Notes under the pieces: generated by a model
Databases searched by the model: none
What the model was told of the DNA's origin: nothing
The model's input: only the letters and a program-made list of their open reading frames with translations
Assembly (NCBI GenBank): GCA_050740915.1
Contig: JBOIEG010001140.1
Span: 1 to 35,994, forward strand
From: Gammaproteobacteria bacterium
GTDB lineage: Bacteria; Pseudomonadota; Gammaproteobacteria; JBOHHR01
Length of the DNA: 35,994 bases
Direction of reading: 5' to 3'
Shown here: piece after piece, positions 14,401 to 23,800 of the stretch
Numbering within the stretch: position 1 is the first letter of the stretch
Layout: each line of letters opens with the position of its first letter
Translations under genes and position numbers: made by a program

Positions 14401-16760
14401 TTGGGCCGGCCGAGTGTGCCGACGATGTCGCTTACCACCGCATCACGAGTCAGGATGCGTCGCGTTCGAGGGTGCCGATCGGGCGGCCGGTGGACAACCT
14501 CCAGTTATACGTGCTCGACAACCGACTCGAGCCGATACCGATCGGCGTGCCCGGCGAGCTGTGCGTGGCCGGCGTTGGTGTCGGCCGTGGTTACCTCCGC
14601 CGCCCGGATGCGAGCGCCGAGCGCTTCGTGCCCAACCCCTTTGGCCCTCCCGGAAGCCGCTTGTATCGCAGCGGTGATATCGCCAGTTATCTCGCGGATG
14701 GCATTTTGGACTTCCTCGGGCGGGCGGATCATCAGGTGAAGATCCGCGGCCATCGCGTCGAGTTGGGCGAAGTGGAGGCCCAACTCGCGCGCCATCCTGC
14801 GATTGGAGCAATAGCGGTCACGATCCATGAACCCACGGCAGGGGATAGGCGCTTGGTGGCGTATTATGTGGCCCGTCACGAGGCAGAGCCACCCCGGGCG
14901 GAAGCGCTGCGGGCATATGCACGGTCGGCTTTGCCAGACTACATGATCCCTTCGGCCTTTCTGGCCGTAGAGGCGCTGCCGCTCAATCCAAACGGCAAGT
15001 TAGACCGCAAACGCCTGCCCGTGCCGACATACAGCAGCGAGCCAAAATCCGCCGCCACGGCGCGAACGCCCACCGAGGAGATCCTGAGCGGGATCTGGGC
15101 AAAGGTTTTGGGGATCCCGAGGGCAGGGGTCGATGAGAGCTTCTTTGCCCTCGGCGGCCACTCGCTGCTCGCCACGCAGATCGTCTCCCGCATCGCCACT
15201 GCCTTTGGGATCGAGTTGCCTTTGGCCGCGGTCTTCGATGCACCAACCGTCGCGCAGTTGGCTGCGCTTGTGGATGCCGCACTTGGGCATCGAGAGCGAG
15301 TTGCGGCACCGCCGCTCACGATTGCGGCGCGCGACCAACTGCTGCCGCTCTCCTATGCCCAGCGGCGGCTTTGGTTTATGAGCCAGGTTGAGCCGGGTAA
15401 TGCCTTTTATCACTTTCCTGCGGCGGTGCGCCTGGTAGGTAACCTGGATATCGAAGCAGTCGAGCGCGGCCTGCACGCCATCGTGCAGCGGCACGAAGTC
15501 TTGCGCACGATTTTCATCGAGCGCGACGGTGAACCGGAGCAGGCCGTTCTGGCGGATGCCGGCGTTACGCTCGCTTGCGAGGACTTGACAGGGCACGCCC
15601 CGGATCGACGCGAGCCCGAATTGCAACGGCGTATTCAGGCGGAGATAGCGCAGCCTTTTGATCTCGCGGCAGGACCCTTGGTGCGCATGCGGCTGTTCGT
15701 GCTCGAATGCGGTTCGGCCACGAAGACAACCGAACATGTCTTGCTCCTTATATTTCACCACATCGTGTTTGACGGCTGGTCGTTCGGTGTCTTGGCCCGT
15801 GAGCTCGGCGAGCTGTATTCGGCGGCCGTTGGCCAGCGCTGCGCCGAGTTGCCGTCATTGCCGTTCCAGTATGGCGACTATGCCCAGTGGCAACGCCGGT
15901 GGCTGCAGGGACAGGTACTAGACCGGGGACTCGCCTATTGGGTGGATCAGTTGCGAGATGCCCCCGGGTTTTTGGCCATAGCGGCCGGCCGGCATGGCGA
16001 TTCCGCCGCGCAGCCGCCCGGCGCGGAGCACGAGCTCGCCATCGAGCAGGGCTTTAGCGAAGCCTTGCGCGAGCTATCCCGCAAGCAGGGGGTCACGCTT
16101 TTCATGACCCTGCTCGCGGCCTTTGACGTCTTACTGTGTTACGCCAGCGGGCAAGAGGATCTGGTGGTAGGCACCGATGTCGCCAATCGCAACCGCACCG
16201 AAACCGAAGGGCTGATTGGATTTTTCATCAATCTGTTGGCGTTGCGTGTGCGCCTCGCCGGGGACCCGCCGTTCAACGAGCTGTTGGCGCGCGTGCGCGA
16301 CACCACGCTGGCTGCGTACGCCCATCAAGACGTTCCTTTTGACAAGGTGGTGGAGGCGATCAAACCCATACGCCGCATCGATGTTGCGCCGATCTTTCAG
16401 GTGAAGCTGGTGGTGCACAACGTACCGCTTGCCGAAGTCCGCTTGCCAGGCGTTGAGCTGCAGGCGGTGCCGATCCGGCGGCAGGTCGCCGAGCTCGATC
16501 TGGTGCTGCACGTATATGAGGAGGAAGCCTTGAGGTGTGTGTTTGAATACCGTAGCGATCGGTTTGATGCGCGCGCGGTGCGGCTTTTTGCCGAGCAGTA
16601 TCAACACATCGTTTGGCGCGCAGCGGGTTCACCCGACGTCCCGGTTAGCGTGTTCGTTGAAGAGCTTACGGCGCTGGAACAGCGTAACGCCGCAGTTGAG
16701 ACTGGACGCGTCAACAGCCTTCGAACGATCCGGCGTAAGGGCATTCGGGTTTCGCCCTGA
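6744..16760 (+). CDS. NRPS1 (3338 aa): FAAL-T-C-A(Gly)-T-C-A(Dab-like)-T-C
   Basis: Uninterrupted 10,017-nt ORF with ordered NRPS core motifs (see domain features). Confidence 0.95.
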   Translation: MPEALHFVSDLVSLLRLRAAQQGERTAYVFLADGESESVRLSYAALDQEVRALAGQIQRVAANGARALLLYPPGLEYIKAFFACLYAGVVAVPAHPPARRHPQRLAPIVRDAAPVLVLTTTDLEARLCAHTAGNGELEQLYCLATDASPSAAPADLTPRPIGQDHLAFLQYTSGSTGDPKGVMVTHGNLLANERAIQQRFGHTQDSIVVGWLPLYHDMGLIGNVLQPVYCGATAILMPPMAFLDSPIRWLRAIARYRAHTSGGPDFAYALCARKITEEQKRGLDLSTWRVAFNGAEPVRASTLERFTEAFSECGFRRTAFFPCYGLAEATLFVTGPSNGESVSVGRFDRTGLSEQRKAAPCSEATASVDLVSCGQSADEHRLSVVNPITLTPCSEGQVGEIWVAGPSVGEGYWNRPTASERTFRARLSNGSPEAFLRTGDLGFLDRAHLYITGRHKDLIILCGRNYHAEDLERALDESAQGIRPRSSVAFSVPGEDEELLVVVAEADRPYLRQHGPAHIFASIRRALAEACDAPGAEIVLVRRGAVLKTSSGKIRRRACRQAYLDGALPALARTAPPESPAQTEWRAVTPADERLQIGRALRRSSPSERASAIRRLVIHQIAQRLRIAESAVALGLTIQATGLDSLRVLELKHDLDAELGIEAPLAWFFSDASIAETAARLAQAFSLRPEAADAQRPGAGVQPGALSATQGSMWAVHQLEPGSVAYNLHLALRVHGAVDAETLRQGLEHLLDRHDMLRTVYPCGGEIVTPAVLARRELPPYFALVDAATWSSAELQRDMSSRASEPFDLQRGPVVRMSLYRQGERVHTLLLCAHHIAVDLWSVLLFLDELLSVYTLLGVDRSPDLPPPTGHYRDFIGCQQAYLKSAASAADLAYWRNRLAGELPVLALPADSPRSTTRRYHGGSHALQLQPGLSSKLKELGRKQGATLFMTLLAAYKVLLYRYTHQTDIIVGAPSSGRTDRRYARVVGNFVNPVALRTYPSPELPFATYLQHVREAVLGALAHEQYPFSLLVERLQPKRHGDEWPIYQTMFVLQQAQSGIDPNLSQLALGEDGIAFSLGEWQVHSIAIPERVENFDLKLMAVECEQGLIFSFQYRRELFRQETIAQIAAHFDVLLRGIIANPNERLAQLPLLTEPERYRLIVEWNATQTEYPKDKCIYELFEAQVERSPQATAVVYEDQSLSYRELNAKAKQLAHHLRSLGVGPDTLVAICVERSLGMIVGLLGILKAGGAYVPLDPTYPKERLAYMLEDARAAVLLTQARLRNSLPEHPMLLCLDSDWVSIGRRSKKNLANLASPLNLAYVIYTSGSTGRPKGVGIAHGSLTNFLTGITRKLSLCSDDIVLAATSSSFDISVLELLGPVIVGGQTLVASQEEAQDPTRLGARIGQSRATVMQATPSAWRWLLMSGWRADSSLRILCGGEPLFADLATQLLNGVTDFWNLYGPTETTVWSTTKGIASAQDALLIGRPIANTEIYLLDEFLEPVPIGVSGELYIAGAGLARGYLKRPELTAERFIPSPFSAEPGERLYRTGDLARYRPDGNIEYLGRIDHQVKVRGFRIELGEIEARLLEHPQVKEAVVIAREDTPGEKRLVAYVVGSGDWPENETIEQLRTYLGEVLPDYMVPAAFVFLDSLPLTQTGKLDRNALPVPDVTAQLACQYLAPRTQVEAALTQIWADVLRLERVGVHDNFFTLGGDSVRSIQMVSRAHESGVQLTPRQVFQHPTVAELAQIAEAAIPVESLAIAPVRTVTSDRTYLTPADFPLASLSQQELDALPFEPRDIEDIYPLGPMQEGMLFHSLAQPGSGVYVMQDRYALRGTIDVQAFGDAWQAVVDHHPILRTSFFWRTELRPHQVVTRRVELPFEYLDWRGLEPVEQEARIEAVLEAERRAGFDLHRAPLLRLRLVRLTGDRYRCIRSFHHILLDEWCTSPLLLDFRAVYGALVRRERPPVLTARPFRDYIAWLQRQDTDAAERFWRNYLRGFTEPTPLAVDRSDIASGGEAGTVADAIDELSATDTAALRRLAKRERLTPNSFVQAAWALLLSRYSGREEVLFGVTVAGRPAVLPGRESMLGLFVNSLPLRVRFKPEQRLIGWLRELLVASVEVREYEYAPLGRIQSWSEVPRGEPLFNHLLVFENIPVDPSLGEASDGLSMAYGGSRVHTNYPITATVIPGSGLTFKLTYSQDRFEAIAMRRMLGHFRRLLEEMIRRPAAQIGELEMLAEAEWRQTVDGWNRTRRHYPPPADFVAIFEEQARRTPETCAVVCGGEALTYRALNARANRVALDLIDRGVGPEVIVAVLDERGIEVLVAFLAILKVGGVYLPLDPRDPEARWRFVIETAQPRLVVAGAARADRVRRLVSPTRLTRVVTLADLARDRSDQNSARYTDPRCLAYIIFTSGSAGTPKGAMITRQGMFNNFMTKVPALGLTASDVVAQTAPPCFDISVWQFLTALLCGARVAILPDASVQDPQALLGALSAHAITVIEVVPSLIRALLDRPHPDHELPELRWLLPTGEACPPELCRRWRERYPHVGLLNAFGPAECADDVAYHRITSQDASRSRVPIGRPVDNLQLYVLDNRLEPIPIGVPGELCVAGVGVGRGYLRRPDASAERFVPNPFGPPGSRLYRSGDIASYLADGILDFLGRADHQVKIRGHRVELGEVEAQLARHPAIGAIAVTIHEPTAGDRRLVAYYVARHEAEPPRAEALRAYARSALPDYMIPSAFLAVEALPLNPNGKLDRKRLPVPTYSSEPKSAATARTPTEEILSGIWAKVLGIPRAGVDESFFALGGHSLLATQIVSRIATAFGIELPLAAVFDAPTVAQLAALVDAALGHRERVAAPPLTIAARDQLLPLSYAQRRLWFMSQVEPGNAFYHFPAAVRLVGNLDIEAVERGLHAIVQRHEVLRTIFIERDGEPEQAVLADAGVTLACEDLTGHAPDRREPELQRRIQAEIAQPFDLAAGPLVRMRLFVLECGSATKTTEHVLLLIFHHIVFDGWSFGVLARELGELYSAAVGQRCAELPSLPFQYGDYAQWQRRWLQGQVLDRGLAYWVDQLRDAPGFLAIAAGRHGDSAAQPPGAEHELAIEQGFSEALRELSRKQGVTLFMTLLAAFDVLLCYASGQEDLVVGTDVANRNRTETEGLIGFFINLLALRVRLAGDPPFNELLARVRDTTLAAYAHQDVPFDKVVEAIKPIRRIDVAPIFQVKLVVHNVPLAEVRLPGVELQAVPIRRQVAELDLVLHVYEEEALRCVFEYRSDRFDARAVRLFAEQYQHIVWRAAGSPDVPVSVFVEELTALEQRNAAVETGRVNSLRTIRRKGIRVSP
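8560..8800 (+). other. NRPS1 domain: carrier protein (ACP/T0)
   Basis: ATGLDSLRVLELKHDL; Ser codon 8676-8678. Confidence 0.8.
8850..10180 (+). other. NRPS1 domain: condensation C1 (lipo-initiation position)
   Basis: LSATQGSMWAVHQL. The His motif reads HHIAVDLWS (9243-9269), with Leu in place of the usual Gly. Confidence 0.8.
10220..11740 (+). other. NRPS1 domain: adenylation A1, code DILQLGLVWK (Gly-like)
   Basis: YTSGSTGRPKG (10713-10745), FDISVLE, NLYGPTETTVW, GELYIAGAGLARGY, YRTGDLARY, GKLDR (Lys codon 11718-11720). The 10-residue code was extracted by alignment to GrsA positions. It is one conservative change from the Gly code DILQLGLIWK as I recall it. Confidence 0.75.
11790..12000 (+). 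other. NRPS1 domain: T1
   Basis: FFTLGGDSVRSIQ; Ser codon 11886-11888. Confidence 0.85.
12120..13430 (+). other. NRPS1 domain: condensation C2
   Basis: IEDIYPLGPMQEGMLFH. The His motif reads HHILLDEWC (12549-12575), with Glu in place of Gly. Confidence 0.8.
13480..15020 (+). other. NRPS1 domain: adenylation A2, code DIWELTADDK (Dab-like)
   Basis: FTSGSAGTPKG (13974-14006), FDISVWQ, NAFGPAECADDV, GKLDR (Lys codon 14997-14999). The code equals what I recall for the Dab-activating domain of PvdL; this is unverified. Confidence 0.6.
15070..15280 (+). other. NRPS1 domain: T2
   Basis: FFALGGHSLLATQ; Ser codon 15162-15164. Confidence 0.85.
15330..16650 (+). other. NRPS1 domain: terminal condensation C3 (LCL-like)
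   Basis: LPLSYAQRRLWFMSQ; HHIVFDGWS (15756-15782). No A or T domain follows before the stop. Confidence 0.8.
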
Positions 16761-16772
16761 TCCGAACCTAGC

Positions 16773-17825
16773 ATGAAGCAGCCCGATAAACCCGATGCTG
16801 TTCCGCGATTAAGCGCCGTGCGGCGGCGCGCTTTGTCTGCCGCCAGCGGGTTGGTGCGATTCGGCGGCAGCTTTCCGCTGCGCATCGAGCCGACAGCACA
16901 AGGTGTTGACCTGGCTTCTTGGGCAACAGGCACACATGCCATGATCGAAAAGAAACTGGCCGAGCATGGCGCTCTTCTGTTTCGTCATTTCGATATCGAA
17001 GGCATCCAAGCCTTTGAGCGCTTCGTGAGGGCGGTGGCGGGCGGCGCGCTAGAATACCGGTTCCGGGCCTCGCCCCGCACCGAGGTAGGACACCATATAT
17101 ACACCGCGACCGACTATCCGGCCGACCAGAGCATCTTCCCTCACAACGAGCACGCCTATTCCCCGGTCTGTCCGCTGCGCCTGTTTTTTTATTGCCAGCA
17201 GCCGGCGGCTATAGGCGGGGAGACACCCATCGGTAGCGGGCGCGCGATCACACAAGCTATCGACGTCGGCGTGTGCGCCCGTTTCAAGCGCAAGCAGGTG
17301 CTGTACGTCCGTAACTACGGCGATGGATTCGGTCTGCCGTGGCAAACCGTATTTCAGACTTCGGATAAAGCGCAAGTCGAGCGCTACTGCAAGGAGGTTG
17401 GGATAGCGATCGAATGGAAGTCAGGCGATCGCCTTTGCACGCGTCAAGTGGGTCCGGCCCTAGTCCGGCACCCGCGCTTGGGCGAGCGGATCTGGTTCAA
17501 CCATGCTACTTTTTTTCATGTCACGACCTTACCGTCCCCGGTGCGCGAGGCGTTGCTCAGCGAGTTTGACGAGGCAGATCTTCCGCAGAACACCTATTAC
17601 GGCGACGGCTCGGCGATAGAAACCGAGACGCTTGAGTACCTGCGCGCGGTTTATCGAGCGGCGATGGTGAGCTTTGCTTGGCAGCCCGGCGATATCCTTC
17701 TGGTAGACAACATTTTGACCGTGCATGGACGCCGGCCGTTTAGCGGCGCACGCCGGGTGCTGGTCGCGATGGCGGACACGTTTTGTCCCCGAGATCTTGC
17801 GGTTCAGGCGGAGAAATTGGCGTGA
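16773..17825 (+). CDS. SyrP/TauD-family Fe(II)/2-oxoglutarate-dependent hydroxylase (NRPS-associated amino-acyl beta-hydroxylase type)
   Basis: GALLFRHF, FPHNEHAY (His 17142-17144, Glu 17148-17150), GGETP, ILLVDNILTVHGRRPF (His 17724-17726). It is in the same frame as NRPS1, 4 sense codons after the NRPS1 TGA. No obvious SD precedes it. Confidence 0.9.
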   Translation: MKQPDKPDAVPRLSAVRRRALSAASGLVRFGGSFPLRIEPTAQGVDLASWATGTHAMIEKKLAEHGALLFRHFDIEGIQAFERFVRAVAGGALEYRFRASPRTEVGHHIYTATDYPADQSIFPHNEHAYSPVCPLRLFFYCQQPAAIGGETPIGSGRAITQAIDVGVCARFKRKQVLYVRNYGDGFGLPWQTVFQTSDKAQVERYCKEVGIAIEWKSGDRLCTRQVGPALVRHPRLGERIWFNHATFFHVTTLPSPVREALLSEFDEADLPQNTYYGDGSAIETETLEYLRAVYRAAMVSFAWQPGDILLVDNILTVHGRRPFSGARRVLVAMADTFCPRDLAVQAEKLA

Positions 17826-20800
17826 CCCCAGCCGAGCACATCGAAGGCTACCGCCTTTCTATTCAACAGCAGCGCCTGCACCGCCTGCAGGACGCCAGTC
17901 CGTCGACGCCCTACCGGGTGCAGGGACTGATCGAAATTGAAGGGCCGCTGGATAGGGAGCGCCTGCGTGGCGCCTTAGCCCGAGTTGCCGAGCGCCACGA
18001 GATCCTGCGTACCCGCTTCCAAAGGCTGCCCGCCATGGTTCTGCCGGTGCAGGTGGTTCATCAGTTGCCGTGCGCCATTGCCAGCGAGGTGGACATCTCG
18101 TGTTTGACCGTAAGCGAGCAGACGGCACGCAAAGCGATCGTGTGGCGAGAATGCGGTGCGCAATCGATCGCCTGGACCAGGCAACTCGCTTTACACACCG
18201 TATTATTGCACCTAGGGCCTGCGCATCATGCACTTTTTGTGACCTTAACCGCACTGTGCGCAGATCCCGCCACGCTCACGCATCTGGTAACGGAGCTAGC
18301 CCGTGGCTATGGCGCTGGGCAAGGGGTTGGCGATAGCGATGTCGTACAGTATGCGGACTACGCCGAGTGGCAGCACCAGGTGCTGTCCTCGGGCGATGCC
18401 GGCGGCGCGGGCTTTTGGCGTGCCCAAGCTCATGCGGATCTAATTGAGGTTAGGCTCCCCTTCGAAAACGGCGACGTTGCCCCAAGACCGTTTCTCCCTA
18501 GCGTCGAGCAAACGTCGCTCCCTTTGTCGCTCGGCAGCGCGATCCATTCTTTTGCCCGCGCGCACGGAACCGCGGTAGAAGTGTGCCTGCTGGGTTGCTG
18601 GCTGGCGTTGCTTAGGCGTCACCGCGGCCAGGGCCCGCAGATCGTTGGGGTACTAAGCGATGGACGCAGCGAAGCGACACGGGGAGCTTTGGGTCCGTAC
18701 AGCAAGGTCCTTCCCATTCGTTTTGGCATGGACTTAAACGCGTCGTTCAAGCCCTGGCTCAGTCATCTGGCGAAATTAGTGGCCAGCGCCAAACGATGGC
18801 AGGATGGGTTCGCTTGGCAGCCTGACTCCGCCTGCTGCGCCGCGAGCTTCGCTTATGTTCCGGCACTTAAACCGGCATATGCCGGACCGGTTTGTTTCAC
18901 TCTCGCTCGCCAGCACGGCTTGATAGACCGCTTCAAACTGCAGCTCGCCATCGCGGAACAGGGTCATGCTTTAAGCGTTCAACTTCACTACGATCAGGCC
19001 TGCTTCTCGAGCGCGGCAATCGCGTGCCTGCTTAGTCAGTTTGAAACGCTGGTCGCGGGCGCGCTAAAGTGGCCTGATACCCCCCTACGAGACCTTGAGC
19101 TCGCTGGCGCGATCGAACGCAAGCGGCTGCTCACGGCGTTCAATCAGACCGAGGCCGCTGCAGCGCCTTGCCGCTTGCTGCATCAGTTGTTCGAGGCTCA
19201 GGCACAGCGAACGCCGGCGGCCATCGCCCTCATCGCTGGCGAGATGAGCCTAAGTTATGCGACCTTGGATGCCAAGGCTAACCGTTTGGCACACTATCTG
19301 CGCTCTCGTGGGATCGGCCCCGACGACCGGATCGGGATCTGTTTTGGGCGCTCCCCGGACGCGCTCGTGGCGATGTTGGGGGTGCTCAAGGCCGGGGCCG
19401 CCTATGTGCCGCTGGACCCGGACTACCCAACTGCGCGTCTCGCTTATATGCTCAAGGACACCGGCATAGCGCTGGTGCTGACGCATGCGGCGCACGCCGA
19501 CTTTCTGCGATCGCAGAATAGCGCGCACGTGTGCCTGGATCGCGAAGAGGCGCTGTTGAGATCGTTTAGCGGCCAGTCCTCCGGCGTCGCCTGCGACCCA
19601 GAGAACTTGGCGTATGTCATCTATACCTCGGGATCGACGGGCCTGCCCAAAGGGGTGGCGGTCACTCATTGCAACGTCTTGCACTCGACCACGGCGCGGC
19701 TGCAATACTATCGTGAGCCGGTCCGATGTTTTATGTTGCTGTCCTCGTTTTCCTTCGACAGCTCGGTAGCCGGCATATACTGGACATTAAGCCAAGGTGG
19801 CAGCCTGTGCCTGGCGCCCGAAGAGGCGCTACAAGAGCCGGCGGCGCTCGCGGATCTGATCGAAGAACACCGGGTTTCGCATGTGCTGGGGTTGCCCTCC
19901 TTTTATCACGCCTTCTTGGAAACTGTGGCCCCCGGCAGGCTGCGCTCCGTGAAAACGGTGATCGTGGCGGGGGAAGCCTGTAGCAAGGCAGTGGTAGCGC
20001 GGCATTGGGCGATGCTGCCCGATGTGCCTTTGTTTAACGAGTACGGGCCCACCGAATGCGCGGTCTGGTCTAGCGTCTATCCTTGCGTCCAGGCCTCGTG
20101 CGGGTCCGTTGCCATCGGCAGGCCGATCTGTGGCTGGGCGATGTATGTGCTGGATGAACGCTTAGAGCCGGCGCCCACCGGCATTGCAGGCGAAATCTGC
20201 ATAGGCGGCGCAGGCCTCGGCCGCGGCTATCTGCGCCAGCCTGCTTTCACCGCCCAGCGGTTTATTCCCAACCCATTCGGCGGTCCCGGAACGCGCCTTT
20301 ATCGGACCGGCGACCTAGGCTGCTATAGCCCCGGCGGGCACATCGAGTTTCTAGGCCGGGCGGATCAACAGGTCAAGCTCCGCGGCTACCGGGTAGAGCT
20401 GGCGGAGATCGAAGCCGCGTTGTGCCGCTTGGCAGGTGTAACAGAGGCGGCGGTGGTCGCACGCGATGGGAGTCTTCTCGCCTATGTGGCGCGTAGCAAT
20501 GAGGCCGTCGCATCGGCCGATGGGCTTAGAGATGGCTTGCGCGAGCGCCTGCCGGACTACATGGTCCCCGCTCGCTTTGTATTCCTAGAACGCTTGCCCC
20601 ATACGCCGAATGGCAAGCTCGACCGCAACGCCCTGCCGGTGCCGGAGGAGATAGCGCCTGCATCCACGCGGTACGTCCCGCCTCGCACTCCCGTCGAGGA
20701 GGCGTTGGCGCGTCTATGGGCCGAGCTGCTCAGGCTCGAAAGGGTCGGTATCCATGACAACTTCTTCGAGCTGGGTGGGGACTCGATCCTCAGCATCCAG

Positions 20801-23800
20801 ATCGTCGGCCGCGCGCGCCAGGCAGGGCTGCGATTCACCGCTAGACAGATGGTTGAGCACCAGAGCATCGCGGCGCTCGCGGGTGTCGTGCAGAGCACGG
20901 CGCAGAAAACCGAAGCCGCATCCAGCGATCCGGGTGAGGTGCCGTTGACCCCGATACAGCGTTGGTTCTTCGAGCAAGACCTACCCAGGCCGGAGCGCTG
21001 GACCCACGCTTTGCTGCTGCGCCTTACCCAACCGATCGACGGCGCCGCCCTTACCCAAGCCGTGGACCACGTGATCCGCCATCATGACGCCCTGCGTCTG
21101 CGGTTCATCAAGACCGGCGGTAAATGGCGTCAATGGTCACGGGCCTCCGAGGGGTGCAAGCGCTACGACAACGCGTGTGAACACGTCGATCTGACAGCCG
21201 CCGACGACAAGCAGTTGGCGATGGCCTTACAGCACGCAGCCCAGAAACAGATGGATATTCGGATAGCGAGCGGGCCGCTGTTCAAGCTCGTGTGGTTCGA
21301 TGCCGGGAGAACAAGGCCGGACCATCTCCTGGTCGTCACACATCACCTGGTCGCGGACGGACTGTCCTGGCGTATCCTCCTGGAGGATTTACACAGCGCC
21401 TACCGGCAGCTCACAGCAGGACAGGCGCCAATGCTCCCGCCGCAGACCACCTCTTTTCATCACTGGGCGCGGGGGCTGCAAGCGTATGCAAGGAGCGAAG
21501 CGGTCAAGGCGGAGGCCACCTACTGGCTGGATGCGCAGCGGTTCCGGATCGATCCCTTGCCAGTGGACCATCCAGAAGGCGACAACACCGAGGCCGCTAA
21601 CGCGGTGCTGCGGGTGATGCTAGCCGAAGAGGACACACAAGCGCTGCTGCAAGACGTCCCGCCAGTGTACCAGACGCGGATCGACGATGTCTTGCTCTGT
21701 GCGCTGGCCTTGACCCTGTGTCGTTGGAGCAGCGCGGGGGCCGTGCTGGTCGATCTGGATCGCCACGGCCGCGAGATAGCGATCGATGGCATGGATGTCT
21801 CACGCACGGTTGGCTGGTTCACCAGCGTATTTCCCATGCCCTTGTCTGTGAGCTTGGATGCTGGCTTGGGCGCTAACCTGAAATCGCTCAAGGAGCAGCT
21901 TCGGAGCGTTCCGCACCACGGCTCGCACTACGGCTTGTTGCGCTACGGCATGGGAGAAATAGCGCGGCGCCTTAGCGAACTGCCGGCAGCCCGGGTCATC
22001 TTCAACTACCTGGGTCAATTGGACCAAACCTTTGCCCAGACGCCGCTTTTTGCATTTTCCGAAGAGCGCGTGCTGAGCGGCCAGGATCCGGCCTGGGCGC
22101 GGTCCTACGAGTTGGCTATCGGCGTCGACGTTTATAAAGGCAGGCTACGGGTGGAATGGGATTACAGCGCCGCGCGCTATAGGCGCGAGACTATCGCCGC
22201 ACTCGCAGACGGTTATCTCGCCGCCTTGCGGCAGTTGATCGGACACTGCCTGAGCGCCGAGGTAGGGGGATATACGCCGTCTGATTTTCCGCTCGCAGGG
22301 CTTTCTCAAGACGAGCTGGACGCGCTTTTCTCCGCTCAGCCGGGCATAGAAGATGTTTATCCCGCGACCCCGGTCCAAGCGGGCATGCTGTTCCACAGCC
22401 GCTTCGCTGCGCAGGGCGGAGTCTACCTGCAACAGGTGAGCTGCAACCTGGAGGGGCCATTCGATCGAGGCGCCTTTATTCAGGCCTGGCAAGTAGTGCT
22501 GGATAAATACACGGTTCTGCGGAGCGCTTTTGTCGAAGATGGGCAACAACGCCAGCTACAGGTCGTACATCGTCGCGCCGGCCTCCCTATGCTTGAGCAC
22601 GATTGGCGAGAGATGGCGCCCGAAGCCCAAGTCGAGCGATGGGAGGCCCTCCTAACCGAGGATCGCGCGCAGGGTTTTACGGTTGCCGAGGCGCCTTTGA
22701 TGCGCTTGACCTTAGTGCGCTGTGACCAGAGCCGTCATCGCCTGCTGTGGAGCCACCACCATGCCTTACTCGATGGCTGGTGCCCTGGCATTATTTTCAA
22801 TGACGTGATCCAGACCTATGAAGGCTTGTGCTCAGGGACCCGTCCTACACTGGGCCCGAGCCGTGCCTATCGCGACTATGTCAACTGGTTGCTCAAGCAA
22901 GATCGCGAGATCGCCGATGCTTATTGGCGCAGGACGCTGGCGGGCTTTGATTCTCCCACGCCGCTAGGCATAGCGCGCACGCCCGATGTCCCAGGCCGAG
23001 GGCACGGTGAGCAGCGCATGGCGCTCACAGCCAAGCTCACCGAGGAGCTGACCTCATTTGCCAGGCATCATCGGCTTACCCTCAACACCCTGGTGCAAGG
23101 GGCATGGGCAATATTGCTCGGCCGCTATGGCGGAGCGCGCGATGTCGTTTTCGGGATCACCGTCTCCGGGAGACCGGCCGATCTGGCCGGGACAGAGTCC
23201 ATGGTAGGGCTTTTTATCAATACGTTGCCCTTGCGGATCAGGATTTCTCCGCAAACGCCAGTCCTCGAATGGTTACAAGCGCTCATGCGACAGAATGCAG
23301 AGTTACGCGAATTCGAGTACAGCGCGCCGGTAGACGTGCACGCCTGTAGCGATGTGCCGCGCGCTCAGCCGCTGTTCGAAAGCATCGTCGTTTTCGAGAA
23401 TTATCCGGTAGAAAGAGCGCTGCTCGAGGCGCGTTCGGCACTCGGCGTCAAGGATGTCAGATTCAACGAACAGACGCATTACCCGCTGACCTTGGTGGCG
23501 GTGCCCGGCAAGGCGCTGGAATTACGCATCGCCTATGAGCGGGGCCGTTTTGATGAACCTACCATGGAGCGGCTCTCGGGGAACCTCCAGACACTGTTAA
23601 CGGCGATGATCGGCGATCCCGGCGTGAGGCTGGGTGCGTTGTCGATCGTGACGGACACGGAACAAAGGCGGTTCTCCCGCTTGCGGATCGAGGCAGTGAG
23701 CGTTCCCTCGGCAGGCGAGACGCTCACGCAGCGTTTCGAGGCAAGCGTCTCGCGTAGGCCCGATGCCGTTGCCCTCGTGTGCGAAGGGCAATCGCTGACC

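Noticed and set aside
17783-17821. ATG 17783 as the NRPS2 start
   Set aside because: It is possible. However, it would overlap the hydroxylase gene by 43 nt and add 13 non-conserved residues. GTG 17822 has a GGAG upstream and a GTGA stop-start overlap. This is kept as an alternative and not excluded.
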